Positions 37,641 through 49,096 of a stretch of DNA of 64,000 nt are shown piece after piece. Source of the DNA: an uncultured Desulfobulbaceae bacterium (GTDB lineage: Bacteria; Desulfobacterota; Desulfobulbia; Desulfobulbales; BM004); the NCBI GenBank assembly GCA_947259115.1, contig CAMYKS010000025.1, forward strand, positions 5,224-69,223, given 5' to 3'. The position numbers and the translations under genes were made by a program. Under the pieces are notes generated by a model. The model saw nothing but the letters and a program-made list of their open reading frames with translations, made no database searches and had not been told where the DNA came from. The stretch's first letter is position 1, and each line of letters opens with the position of its first letter.

Positions 37641-37678
37641 AAGCCGGTTAAGGATAATTTCTTTAGCCGGCTTTTTTT
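37641..37678 (+). terminator. rho-independent terminator after yajC
   Basis: aagccgg / ccggctt forms a 7-bp stem with a 19-nt loop, followed by a T-run. Confidence 0.7.
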
Positions 37679-37682
37679 ACTG

Positions 37683-38201
37683 CTAAGCATTGCCCCCCAC
37701 ATTTTCAGGCCTCGACACAAATTCCACTAGCGCATTAATGACTTTACCGCTTATTGAGGCGACGACCCGCATACCCTGCTGTTCCTGCTTTGGGGAACTT
37801 CTGAAATCCTGCATTCTTCCGACCCTGGTGCCGCTTTCATCTTTCCAGTAGATGGTTGCCTGGGGATAATTGCGCAGCACGCTGATCTGCATAATTTCTT
37901 TCGCCCTCTTAGGCTCTGAACAGATTTCAAGGAGCACATCCCCCAGACTTTGCCCATCTTTAGATGTGAGGGCATGGAGTTTCAAAACAGATTCGAAAAC
38001 TCTGCCGGTTGATTCAGATCCCAGCATGGCCAGAATGATATTTTTCAGATCCTCCGGGCCCATGTCAGGGGCATGCCGTCCCCGGCCACCGGAGTGGAGC
38101 AGACCTCCCTTGTTCAAATTAACACCAATTCGGTCAATCGTATGTTTGCTGATGCCGGTAAGGCTTGCAATCTGAGTGTTGAGTTGTGTCCTGTGCGCCA
38201 T
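37683..38201 (-). CDS. hypothetical protein with N-terminal HTH-like segment
   Basis: 172-aa ORF containing IASLTGISKHTIDRIG. No family recognised. Divergent from the 38698 gene across an AT-rich gap. Confidence 0.5.
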   Translation of the reverse strand: MAHRTQLNTQIASLTGISKHTIDRIGVNLNKGGLLHSGGRGRHAPDMGPEDLKNIILAMLGSESTGRVFESVLKLHALTSKDGQSLGDVLLEICSEPKRAKEIMQISVLRNYPQATIYWKDESGTRVGRMQDFRSSPKQEQQGMRVVASISGKVINALVEFVSRPENVGGNA

Positions 38202-38499
38202 AACAAGTGCAAATATACATTTTTTATATTTTCTAACATAACATAACGAAATTACATATAAACAGCATTATTAAGCTTTTGTCAACATGCAAATTGCTTT
38301 ATTATATGAACTAGATGGCACTCATTACAATTTATATAATAATTTCAAATAAATGAACACAACTTGAAAAGCTTTTTCCGTTAATCCAGGAAGATCTTCA
38401 TATATCCAATGGAAACCTTCATGCTTTCATTAAAAAACATGGGCCAAAAGAGGACGTACTATACGTAACAGGTGAGTGTGATGAGATGAAATAATACGT

Positions 38500-38589
38500 A
38501 ATCGTTTTATTCTTGCAGACGTTGAAAATCAAAGCGTAATAGCACAGAAACATATTGGTGATAAAACCTTGCAAACTTTTTCATGAAAT
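38500..38589 (-). repeat. copy C (reverse orientation) of the dispersed AT-rich element of about 95 bp
   Basis: Its reverse complement reads atttcatgaaaaagtttgcaaggttttatcaccaatatgtttctgtgctattacgctttgatttt…, which aligns with copies A and B. Confidence 0.8.
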
Positions 38590-38697
38590 CTGCCGATTAA
38601 TGATTATTTTATGAGATAAATCCATATATAACAGGACAAGCTTTACACACGTACACGTTGCCTTGGTGCTTAAAAAACAGAGCTTAAGGAGGAAACC

Positions 38698-39501
38698 ATG
38701 TATGCGAATGCCCCAATTGCCGCTTTTCAAAACGTTATTTATTTTTTTGTCACGCTCCTTATGCTTTTTGCACCGGATTTGGCTTATGCCAACTTGGTCA
38801 TAAATGATGATCCGGCGAACCCGCAGCATAAACAGGATTTTGAAAGTCTGCTCGCCGAGTGTGAAGAATTATCGCCCGCTGTACATGAATTGATGGAAAT
38901 AATCCGTCGATCACCGCGAAATATTACTGTTAATCCCGGCCGCTCACAGCCAGGTATTGATTGGGATGGCTTTGATTCAAATGATGTGGATCTGGATGAT
39001 ATGGATGCAGCACCTATTCCGTCTCGAAATCCGGCTACAGGGAAGTGGGAAATGCCAGCAGGTTTCAGTCCGCTGGCTGCCAGCCGCTGCCAAATCCTCG
39101 CACATTTTATGTGGGAGCGTTTTATGGCGCAGTATTTACGCCACTTACGTCCCAATGATTTCACCCCGGCCCATGAATCAGGAAACGACTATGAACGTCG
39201 CGTACGTCGCGACTTCGGGCAGGAAGGCGACCCCATTGACACAAATGGAAACGGGGCTGGTGATGCCACAACAGTCTATATTAATGATGATTTCTATGTT
39301 GAAGACACATCTTTTGGCCCGGGCGGTGTACCTCGACCTTCACGGGTAAAAAAGGTAAAGCTGGTGTGTATGTTTACCTGCGATCCCAATACAGGCCGCT
39401 TCCCTGTGGGGGGTGACACCGAGGCCGAAGCCCGGGCTGCTGCACAGCAGATCTGTGCACCTGCACCCCTTGGCAGCACCTCAATCTGCCGAAGTAAATA
39501 A
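38698..39501 (+). CDS. hypothetical secreted protein
   Basis: 267-aa ORF with an N-terminal hydrophobic signal (…LLMLFAPDLAYA) and a Cys-containing C-terminus. No family recognised. Confidence 0.55.
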   Translation: MYANAPIAAFQNVIYFFVTLLMLFAPDLAYANLVINDDPANPQHKQDFESLLAECEELSPAVHELMEIIRRSPRNITVNPGRSQPGIDWDGFDSNDVDLDDMDAAPIPSRNPATGKWEMPAGFSPLAASRCQILAHFMWERFMAQYLRHLRPNDFTPAHESGNDYERRVRRDFGQEGDPIDTNGNGAGDATTVYINDDFYVEDTSFGPGGVPRPSRVKKVKLVCMFTCDPNTGRFPVGGDTEAEARAAAQQICAPAPLGSTSICRSK

Positions 39502-39523
39502 CCTGCAAATGGGAGGAAGCAAA

Positions 39524-40012
39524 ATGACATTAGTACTGAATAAAATCATGGTTATTCTCGGGACCCCGGTCTTGGCATTTATTTTCGTAAGCTGCGCCAC
39601 CCTGTCCATTCCAACTTTTGATAACGCCTATGTGAACCAGAATGTTGAACAGATACGAAGCCTGACACATCGGGCTGACCTTATATTCGTCGGTACCGTG
39701 ACAAAGGTCAACCCATCACCCCGTAAAGTGAGCGGGCGGGTTAAGTACACCCAGAATGTGAACTATCGTGTGGATAAAGTTCTCAAGGGATTTTATAGCC
39801 ATGCTGAAATTGATATTGAGCATGTGCTGGTTGCCAACTCCCGCCATTTGGGCCCCGGCAATGAGCTTGATCAGGCCGTATTTTCTACCGGCAATAAGTT
39901 GATTGTGATGGCAGTGCGCAGAGATCAGTTGTTTTATGAGGATGTGAATGAAAATTTTGGAACCATCCCTTATTCACCGCAGAATGAAACCGCTTTGATC
40001 TTCGCCATGTAG
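39524..40012 (+). CDS. hypothetical small lipoprotein
   Basis: ATG at 39524 preceded by GGGAGGAAG. Lipobox FIFVSCA. 162 aa. Confidence 0.55.
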   Translation: MTLVLNKIMVILGTPVLAFIFVSCATLSIPTFDNAYVNQNVEQIRSLTHRADLIFVGTVTKVNPSPRKVSGRVKYTQNVNYRVDKVLKGFYSHAEIDIEHVLVANSRHLGPGNELDQAVFSTGNKLIVMAVRRDQLFYEDVNENFGTIPYSPQNETALIFAM

Positions 40013-40222
40013 GTCTGAAGGGAATATAAGAGAAGAGAGGCATGTTGTCTGCAGTGAACATCACTGCCCAAAACATGTGATTATTACTGATCTGATGCCA
40101 TAGCTTGTGAAATCAGTCTAGATGGCTGCCTCCATGATGGCAGGAACAGCGCCGACACCACCCATCGCATCCTGCCGCCCTGATACGGGTTGTTTACCGA
40201 TTGGGGGGGCGGAAACAGTCAA

Positions 40223-40960
40223 TTACTCCTTGAGTTCGATCTGCAGATGCCCATCCTTTACCTTGATATCCTTAACCCCGTCGGCAAACAGTTGCCAGAA
40301 TCCTCCTTCGCTGCCGAATTCCTCAACTAAATTCTTGTTCTTCAGGTTGCCCATCCAGGCATTGGGCAGGGGCACGCCCCCAAGGGAAATGCCCTTCAGG
40401 GCAATGACGGGGTTGTCATTCTCATAACTCAGGATAGCACCCAGGTTGACCCGCAGGGTTTTACCGCCGAGAAAGAGGATTTCCTCGTCCATGGGAACAA
40501 CCAGTTTTATGCTGAGCATGTTATCCGATAAATCGAGGGCCACCTTCTGCGCAAGTTCAGGCTCTGCGGCTATCAGAGAATTTAATTCTTTTTCCGTGAA
40601 TTGTATCTGGCGGCTGGCTCCCTCTTCAGTATAAGCTTCAGGTGCAATCCGGCCTCCCTGGGAAGGTGTTTCCGGGGCCTGTTTATTGCCGGAGTTCTGT
40701 GCTTCACTTGCTCTGCCGTGAAAGGAGGCCTGTTCCAACTGTTCCAGCTTTGACTGAAAAACTTTTTCCTCCCGGGCATTCAACTTCGTGGGCTCAAACG
40801 GCGAGGCATAGATATAATGCTTGACCCACAGGCCCGTTGCCAGAGCAGATAAAACTGCAACAATTCCTACTATTACTAAAACCTGCAGACAGCTGAAACG
40901 TAATTTCTTCTCCGTTTCTTGCTTCTCTGTTTCTTCCTGTTTGATGTTCTCATTTTCCAT
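40223..40960 (-). CDS. hypothetical membrane-anchored protein
   Basis: Single TM helix (VLVIVGIVAVLSALATGLWV) followed by a soluble domain. The start is uncertain: ATG at 40960 versus GTG at 41017. Confidence 0.5.
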   Translation of the reverse strand: MENENIKQEETEKQETEKKLRFSCLQVLVIVGIVAVLSALATGLWVKHYIYASPFEPTKLNAREEKVFQSKLEQLEQASFHGRASEAQNSGNKQAPETPSQGGRIAPEAYTEEGASRQIQFTEKELNSLIAAEPELAQKVALDLSDNMLSIKLVVPMDEEILFLGGKTLRVNLGAILSYENDNPVIALKGISLGGVPLPNAWMGNLKNKNLVEEFGSEGGFWQLFADGVKDIKVKDGHLQIELKE

Positions 40961-41082
40961 GGCAGTACTCTTATCATTAGATTCACGAACTTTTGCCTGC
41001 AGGAGTCTGGCCTGCACTATATTTTAGCCTGATGTTTGCTTCCTATTATACTCTCACGGTCACCATCTTGGATAGCCTAACT

Positions 41083-42087
41083 TTATTTATGGGCAATATA
41101 GGCAGCAAGGTCAAGCATCCGCCGGGCATAGGCGGCTTCATTATCATACCAGGCCATGACCTTGACCACTTTTTTGTGCAGCACATCCGTTAACAGGGTG
41201 TCTATTACTGCAGAATGCGTGTTGCCGATTATATCTGCCGACACCAAGCCTTCTTCAGAACATTCCATAATCTGCTTCATGGAGGATTCGGCGGCCCTGA
41301 CAAAAGCATCGTTAACATCGTCAATGGTCACTTCCTTCTGCACCTGGGCGGTGATGTCAACCAGGGCACCGTCAGGCACCGGGGCCCGCACGGCAACAGC
41401 TGCAACTTTATTAACCAGTTCGGGCAGCACCTTGGTGATGGCTCCTGCCGCTCCGGTTGAGGTAGGAATAAGGGAAAGGGCCGCCCCCCTGCCCCTGCGC
41501 CTTTTCTTCGAGTACCGGTCCACAAGGGCCTGGGTGGCAGTATAGGCATGGATGGTTGTGGCCATGGCATTTTCAATTATGAAATTATCATGCAGTACTT
41601 TGAGGACCGGCGCCAGGGCATTGGTGGTACATGAAGCATTGGAGATTACAGTATGGCTTTGGGGTTCAAACTTCTGTTCATTGACACCAAAAACACATGT
41701 CAGGTCCGCATCTTTGGAAGGAGCACTGATAATCACCTGGGAGGCCCCCGCTCCAAGATGCTTGGCTGCTCCCGCCCTTTTATTGAAAAAACCTGTACAT
41801 TCCAGTACGATATCCACGCCCAGTTTTTTCCAGGGCAACTCGGCCGGGTCCTTAATACTGAAATATTCTATGCTTTTCTCCCCGGACTCAATTTTGTTGT
41901 CAGTGCAACTGAACTCCACCGGGCACCGTCCATGCACAGAGTCGTATTTCAGAAGATAGGCGATATCTTCAACAGGGGTCAAATCATTACAGGCAACAAT
42001 ATCTATCTGGCCCGGCGCTTTTGTCAGAAAATGGCGCAGAATAAGTCTGCCGATACGCCCCAGCCCGTTAATTGCTATTTTTTTCAT
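41083..42087 (-). CDS. gap: type I glyceraldehyde-3-phosphate dehydrogenase
   Basis: INGLGRIGR and the active site SNASCTTN. GGAGG Shine-Dalgarno sequence before the ATG at 42087. Confidence 0.95.
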   Translation of the reverse strand: MKKIAINGLGRIGRLILRHFLTKAPGQIDIVACNDLTPVEDIAYLLKYDSVHGRCPVEFSCTDNKIESGEKSIEYFSIKDPAELPWKKLGVDIVLECTGFFNKRAGAAKHLGAGASQVIISAPSKDADLTCVFGVNEQKFEPQSHTVISNASCTTNALAPVLKVLHDNFIIENAMATTIHAYTATQALVDRYSKKRRRGRGAALSLIPTSTGAAGAITKVLPELVNKVAAVAVRAPVPDGALVDITAQVQKEVTIDDVNDAFVRAAESSMKQIMECSEEGLVSADIIGNTHSAVIDTLLTDVLHKKVVKVMAWYDNEAAYARRMLDLAAYIAHK

Positions 42088-42151
42088 ATATAACACCTCC
42101 TGGTATCATTATTGTTAAACGCTGCAGGAAAATCCTTTGTCGTCCGAAAAG

Positions 42152-43267
42152 TTAATTTTTTGTGACCTGATGCCTCCGCATGCGTATATTCATAAGAAGT
42201 CCGATGCCGATCAGGGTTGTCATCAGCGATGAACCGCCGTAGCTGAACATCGGCAGCGGAATACCCACTACCGGCAGAAAGCCCATAACCATGAGCAGGT
42301 TGATGATTGCCTGCCAGAAGATGAGGGAAACAATACCGAAGGCCAGAAGTACGCCGAACTTGTCCCTTGAAGCGAGACAGACGTTCAGCCCCCAGAGAAT
42401 CACAAAAAAATAAACGGCAAGAAAGAAAAGAGAACCGGCAAAACCCCATTCCTCCGCCCAGACGGAAAAGGCAAAATCGGTGTGGCGCTCCGGCAGAAAA
42501 TGCAGATGTCCCTGGGTGCCTTTCAAATACCCTTTGCCAAACTTGAGGCCGCTGCCCACGGCAATTTTCGACTGCATGATATGGTAACCGCTGTTGGTAG
42601 GATCACTCTCAGGATTCAGAAAGGTTTCTATGCGCTGTCTCTGGTAGGGCTTTAAGAAAAATTTCCAGCCTATGGGAATCGCTGCAGCGCCTGTCCCGAA
42701 AATAATGCCGATGGTCGACCATTTCAGCTTTACAAACAGGGTCATGGATACAAAGATAGCACCAAACATGAGAGCAGTCCCCAGGTCAGGCTGCTTGAGG
42801 ACAAGAACAAAAAGCACTCCGGTCAACCCTATGGGAACCAGCAGGTCATGCAGCGTAAATCCCCTGCCGGTATCCCTGCGGTAATAATAGCTGGCCAAGG
42901 AAATGACCAGCATCAATTTGGCCGGCTCTGAAGGCTGCAGTCTGAAAAAACCAAGATTGATCCAGCGTTGGGTGCCGGCAATACTGCCTCCCATGAGCAG
43001 GGCGGCAAGGAGCAGGCCGATAATTATGGCATAGAGAGGATAATTCCATTTCAGCAGCAGGCGGTAGTCAAAAAGGTGGATGATTATGATAAAAGAAAAC
43101 CCTGCGATGAAAAAGAAAAGCTGCCGGATAAAGACCGTGGTGCCGACCGTCTTGCCCGCATAAGTGGCGCTGTAAAGATTCACCAGCCCCATGGCAGCGA
43201 TGAGCAGCACGGCAACAAGCATTATCCAGTCAAAATTTTTTATAAGCTGCCTGTCAATACGAAACAT
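42152..43267 (-). CDS. rodA: rod shape-determining SEDS protein RodA
   Basis: FtsW/RodA/SpoVE multi-TM pattern (…QPSEPAKL…, …PLPMFSYGGSS…). Lies downstream of mrdA. Confidence 0.92.
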   Translation of the reverse strand: MFRIDRQLIKNFDWIMLVAVLLIAAMGLVNLYSATYAGKTVGTTVFIRQLFFFIAGFSFIIIIHLFDYRLLLKWNYPLYAIIIGLLLAALLMGGSIAGTQRWINLGFFRLQPSEPAKLMLVISLASYYYRRDTGRGFTLHDLLVPIGLTGVLFVLVLKQPDLGTALMFGAIFVSMTLFVKLKWSTIGIIFGTGAAAIPIGWKFFLKPYQRQRIETFLNPESDPTNSGYHIMQSKIAVGSGLKFGKGYLKGTQGHLHFLPERHTDFAFSVWAEEWGFAGSLFFLAVYFFVILWGLNVCLASRDKFGVLLAFGIVSLIFWQAIINLLMVMGFLPVVGIPLPMFSYGGSSLMTTLIGIGLLMNIRMRRHQVTKN

Positions 43268-43548
43268 TCGTTATTCCAATCTCGGATACTTTTTTCACTT
43301 TTTTTCTCAATCCGCGGGCGGATGTATTCCCGGTCCAGGTTGGTGGCCAACGGGAAAGCCCGATGAAGATCCTCTATGTTTCCAATTCAGGATCCTCTTT
43401 TGAGTACCTCTTTATGCCCTTCAGGATGCTTGTACATGGTATAGTCAATGATGCAAAGTGTATACACAATCTGGCGTTGTCTATCCTCTCACTGAAAAAC
43501 AGGGGTATCAACGAATTTTAAGTAATTTATACCACAGATGCAGTTTTT

Positions 43549-45444
43549 TTATTGCCCCGGTGCCTGGCCTTCCTTAACCTCTTCAGTTCCCAACCCATAT
43601 TTTTTGGCAAAATACTTTTCCAGGACCATCTTAGCCACAGGGGCTGCTGCAGATCCTCCGTGGCCGCCGTGTTCCACCAGGACCGTAACTGCAATTTCGG
43701 GATTTTCAGCCGGCGCAAAACTGGTAAACCAGGCATGATCCCTATGCTTATAGGCAACATCTTCCTCGTCCACCTCTTTAAACTTCTCCATGGCCACGAC
43801 CTGGGCCGTGCCCGTCTTGCCGGCCACTGTTACATCCTTTAACCGAGCCGTCTTTCCAGTACCACGCTTGTCATTTACAGCGCCGACCAGACCTTCCCTG
43901 ATCAGCGCAAGGTAATTATCCATGCCGACGAGTTCCACATCAACCGTGGGTAAAAACTGTTTAACAACCTGACCTTCAGGATCAATTATTTTTTCTATCA
44001 GGAAAGGCTTATAGAGCAACCCACCATTGGCAAGAGCTGATGTCATCTGACAGATCTGCAATGGTGTAACAAGATTAAATCCCTGGCCTATGGCGATGGA
44101 GAGAGTCTCTCCCTCCTGCCACGGCTCCCCTTTGACCAACTTTTTCCAGTTGGATGTAGGGATCAGGCCTGACTTCTCATATTCGAACTCTATGCCGGTT
44201 TTATGCCCCAGTCCCAAGCGGTTAGCGTATTCCGCCAGGGAATCAACCCCTACTTTTAAACCTACCTGGTAAAAATAGACATCACATGATTCAGCCAGGG
44301 CCCGATGCAGGCTTACTGCCCCATGCCCGCCCTTTTTCCAGCACCCGTATCTGCGGTTACCGAAGGGCATGGAGCCGGCACAGTAAAAAACCGTGTTGGA
44401 GTTGATCGCCCCTTTTGAGAGTCCGGCAAGGGCTGTGACAATCTTGTACGTTGACCCCGGAGGATATTGCCCCTGTATGGTTTTATGCACCAGCGGACGC
44501 TTGATATCATTGAGCAGGGCCTGCCAGTTCTTTGTCGATATGCCACCGACAAAGTCTTCCAGGCGAACAGGTGGCGCACTTGCAAAGGCAAGGATGCGGC
44601 CCGAGTTCACATCCATGGCTACAACCGCACCTGCCTTGTCGATCATGGCTTTTTCAGCTTCAAGCTGTAAATCAAGGTCTATGGTGAGCTGCAGATCATT
44701 ACCCGGCAGAGGTTCCTTGCCCTTTAACTGCCGCTGTTCAAAACCATGGGCATCAACCTCCATGTAGACGACTCCCTTATCGCCCCGCAATTCCTCCTCG
44801 TAAAGCTTTTCAAACCCTCTCTTGCCTATCTGGTTGCCACCCTGATAATTCTCCCATTTCCTTTCCTCAAGTTCTTTCTGGTTGATCTCACCTGTATAGC
44901 CGATGAGGTGGGAACCAAAATCGCCGAACAGATAATTGCGCCTTGGCAGCACTTCGATCCTGACACCCGGCAGGTCATAGTGGTTGTTCTCTATATATAC
45001 CAAGGTTTTCCAGTCTATATCCTCCTTGAGCAATATCGGGATATGCCTGGGATTATCCAGTGATTCACGTACCCTTTTCAGCAGAACGGCAATTTCTTCA
45101 TTCAGGATAAGCGAGAGTTTTTTTATGATTTCATCAGGGTCGGGAGAGTCTTCCTTTACCCAGACGATATTAAAACTTGGACGATTCGTGATGATTGTGT
45201 GGCCCTCGCTATCCAGGATATTACCCCGGGGCGCAACAATATCAAGCATGCGGACCCGGTTGTTATCGGCCTTCTCCCGGTATTTACTGCCGTTGTGTAT
45301 CTGCAGAAACCATAAGCGGGCAATTATTACGGCGATAAAAAAAATAATGACAAGTGTCACTGAATCAGTTCGCTTTTTCAGCTGATTCAGCTCATCTGCA
45401 TCGATTTTTTTTATCTTTGTAAATACCTGTTTCGGAGGATTCAT
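43549..45444 (-). CDS. mrdA: penicillin-binding protein 2
   Basis: Transpeptidase motifs STYK (PPGSTYK), SxN region and KTGT (AGKTGTAQ). mre operon context. Confidence 0.93.
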   Translation of the reverse strand: MNPPKQVFTKIKKIDADELNQLKKRTDSVTLVIIFFIAVIIARLWFLQIHNGSKYREKADNNRVRMLDIVAPRGNILDSEGHTIITNRPSFNIVWVKEDSPDPDEIIKKLSLILNEEIAVLLKRVRESLDNPRHIPILLKEDIDWKTLVYIENNHYDLPGVRIEVLPRRNYLFGDFGSHLIGYTGEINQKELEERKWENYQGGNQIGKRGFEKLYEEELRGDKGVVYMEVDAHGFEQRQLKGKEPLPGNDLQLTIDLDLQLEAEKAMIDKAGAVVAMDVNSGRILAFASAPPVRLEDFVGGISTKNWQALLNDIKRPLVHKTIQGQYPPGSTYKIVTALAGLSKGAINSNTVFYCAGSMPFGNRRYGCWKKGGHGAVSLHRALAESCDVYFYQVGLKVGVDSLAEYANRLGLGHKTGIEFEYEKSGLIPTSNWKKLVKGEPWQEGETLSIAIGQGFNLVTPLQICQMTSALANGGLLYKPFLIEKIIDPEGQVVKQFLPTVDVELVGMDNYLALIREGLVGAVNDKRGTGKTARLKDVTVAGKTGTAQVVAMEKFKEVDEEDVAYKHRDHAWFTSFAPAENPEIAVTVLVEHGGHGGSAAAPVAKMVLEKYFAKKYGLGTEEVKEGQAPGQ

Positions 45445-45456
45445 CTGAAAAAATCT

Positions 45457-45993
45457 TTACTGTTTGAAACGGTTTGATCTTTTTGAACCGGGAAAGCGGC
45501 CTGATGCTGAAGTACTCTTGTAAAAATTCATGATGGAATCAAAGATTCCAAATACCGGGGCGCCTATTACCGCCAGCATCAGCAACTGCAGAAGCATATT
45601 ACCCCAGGACCATTGGGACGGTGCGTCCGGAGCCAAAGAGAAAGAAAAGAGAAACATGCCGGTGCCGACAAACAGATAGCTGATGACAGCCAGGGGTACC
45701 TGATAGGTAAATTCATTTATGGCGATCTTGCTGGAAATTCCCTTGATAAAAGCGAATACCAGGAGATAAATAACCGGGTAAAGGCCCAGAAAAACACCGG
45801 AAAAAACGTCCATGAGCAGCCCCAGCATGAGAATTACCACCGACCCTCGCAGAATATCAGACTGGCATGAGATATAGATTATCAGCAAAAAGAGGATATC
45901 GGGCTTTCCCAACCAGGCGGGCAGCAACTGCAGAAATGTTGTCTGCATGACAATGATAAGAATACCGAGAATCAGAAAAATTATGATAAACAT
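45457..45993 (-). CDS. mreD: rod shape-determining protein MreD
   Basis: Small polytopic membrane protein between mreC and mrdA. Confidence 0.8.
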   Translation of the reverse strand: MFIIIFLILGILIIVMQTTFLQLLPAWLGKPDILFLLIIYISCQSDILRGSVVILMLGLLMDVFSGVFLGLYPVIYLLVFAFIKGISSKIAINEFTYQVPLAVISYLFVGTGMFLFSFSLAPDAPSQWSWGNMLLQLLMLAVIGAPVFGIFDSIMNFYKSTSASGRFPGSKRSNRFKQ

Positions 45994-46005
45994 GGCAGAC
46001 GGTTT

Positions 46006-46890
46006 TCAGTCCTCGGTCAGCGAGTATTTTTTCATGATAATTATGAGGTGCTCCAATTGAGAAAAATCAACAGCCGGTTCAATTTCTATATTTTGAAACA
46101 TACCGCGCCGGCTTTTCTTGATGTCTGAAACGGTGCCAAGCATAAGCCCCTTGGGGAACACCCCTCCAAACCCTGAGGTCAGAACATAATCGCCCTTTTC
46201 GACCTCAGCACTTTTTAAAACATAATGCAGGCCAAAGGCTTCCCGGCCCAGGCCTTTAACAATACCATGCACCCTCGTTTTCTGGGTTGTTACATCAATG
46301 GCGCTGTTCGGGTCTGTTGCCAGCAGAACCTTGGAATAATTCGGCGAAGAGGTCAGGACCTGACCAACCACACCTTCAACGGTAACAACCGGCATACCTT
46401 TCTGGACTCCGTCACTGGAACCGCGGTTAATGGTCAGTGTGCGAAACCAGAGTGATGGGTCCTTGCCGACAATTTCTGCTGTCAAGGTTGGCGGGGGGAG
46501 GGATTCTTTGAGTTCCAGGAGCTTTTGCAGCCGTACATTCGTTGCCACTGCTTCCCTGTATTCGACATTGGCAGTTTTATATTGCAGCAATTCCTGCTTG
46601 AGCTGCTTATTTTCCTCCCTGACATGGAGAAGGGCAATATATTTTTCCCAGAAACCGCCTGTATAGTTGGAAAATTTAGAAATTGCAGTTTGAAAGGGAC
46701 CGATGACTTCAAGGCCGAATTTATGGGGCGCAGTGAATTCCTTGCGGCCTGCCATGGAAATAATAAGGATAAGAATTGCTGTCAGGAGACAGCCAAAAAG
46801 CAAAAAAAAGCGCAACTGCCCTGCCCGCTTTCCCCTCTTTCGCATCATTCTGTTCAACTGGAAGACCTCTCCTTGCCCAATGCCCGTCAC
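46006..46890 (-). CDS. mreC: rod shape-determining protein MreC
   Basis: TM helix, coiled coil (ENKQLKQELLQYK), then a beta-rich domain (…VVTVEGVVGQV…SGFGGVFPKGL.LG). The exact start is uncertain. Confidence 0.88.
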   Translation of the reverse strand: MTGIGQGEVFQLNRMMRKRGKRAGQLRFFLLFGCLLTAILILIISMAGRKEFTAPHKFGLEVIGPFQTAISKFSNYTGGFWEKYIALLHVREENKQLKQELLQYKTANVEYREAVATNVRLQKLLELKESLPPPTLTAEIVGKDPSLWFRTLTINRGSSDGVQKGMPVVTVEGVVGQVLTSSPNYSKVLLATDPNSAIDVTTQKTRVHGIVKGLGREAFGLHYVLKSAEVEKGDYVLTSGFGGVFPKGLMLGTVSDIKKSRRGMFQNIEIEPAVDFSQLEHLIIIMKKYSLTED

Positions 46891-46933
46891 AACAGCATTA
46901 TTTCGGGATATATTACCTGATCGGATCTACCGG

Positions 46934-47974
<1,041 letters not shown>

Positions 47975-48125
47975 TTAATAAGTCCTTTTATTGTTAGCAT
48001 AGTTGTGAGCATCGTAGATAGGGAACGAAGCAAGACTTCGAACAAACAATGCGGACACGTATGTCGTATGTACCTGTTAATTTTATTATGTGGTGCTATC
48101 CCTGTATGAACATTTCGAGGCCAAA

Positions 48126-48228
48126 GTTTATACCCTGTTGTCAAGGGTGTTTATACCCTGTTGTCAAGGGTGTTTATACCCTGTTGTCAAGGGTGTTTAT
48201 ACCCTGTTGTCAAGGGTGTTTATATGCT
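48126..48228. repeat. 23-bp tandem array, about 4.5 units (GTTTATACCCTGTTGTCAAGGGT)
   Basis: The gtttat anchors at 48126, 48149, 48172, 48195 and 48218 give a period of 23. The unit is the reverse complement of the 36893 unit at 21 of 23 positions. Confidence 0.95.
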
Positions 48229-48461
48229 TATCTACACCTGCATCATTAATTGTCAGCAAGTATAAGTAAACGGAAAAATATGCTCTAGCATGCTGAACAG
48301 CATAAGTCCATGACAAACATCGTAATCTAACAAAGTCTCCTGGGCTTGGCAAGATATGGATGTGTTGCCCCCTGATAAATCAGAAAAAACTTGACACGCT
48401 CTTCCTGGACATGGTATCCAATCACCTCTTTCCAACAATGTCCTTTGGCACTGGGAAATGT

Positions 48462-48537
<76 letters not shown>

Positions 48538-48888
48538 AACAACAAATAATGCCCGTGATTATCATGGTGCTTCAAGTTTCTTTAGGGAGGGCCTTGCCGG
48601 TTTTTCCTAGGAGAAAGACTGCCTCTGTTGTCCTGGTTAAGAAACGGCCTTCTTCCGGCAGCAGAGGCTTTTCATTTAAAGCGTTCCATAAATGAAAATT
48701 CTTACTATCTGCTTATTATAACGGATTAATATCATTATATATTTTTATTTATGAAACCCTTCGGGATTTAGATTTTACCAAATCTGCTTCGTCATCAGGT
48801 GTTTTACGTATTCAATTACAGTAAAACACCTTCTTCCTAGCATCTTTGGAAAACTCCAAATCGCTTTAACTCAGAATTAGTGTTGGCT

Positions 48889-49080
48889 ATGACTGCTTCT
48901 AAAAAAAACAAAGAATCAGGACAGGAAGTAATGGAAAAGCCTGTGTCCGACGAGGCCATACTCAAGGTTGCCAAGGAAATTGTCGTCAAGTTTATTGAGA
49001 TCGGCCGCCTATCTCCATCTAACTTTTCTGAAACGTTTGAGAGCGTCTATAAAGCAATCAGAGAGACTGTACGCTCGTAA
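48889..49080 (+). CDS. hypothetical small protein (63 aa)
   Basis: Coding-like composition. It ends 17 nt before the probable mpl start. Confidence 0.35.
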   Translation: MTASKKNKESGQEVMEKPVSDEAILKVAKEIVVKFIEIGRLSPSNFSETFESVYKAIRETVRS

Positions 49081-49096
49081 CCGTTTATATTTTTCT

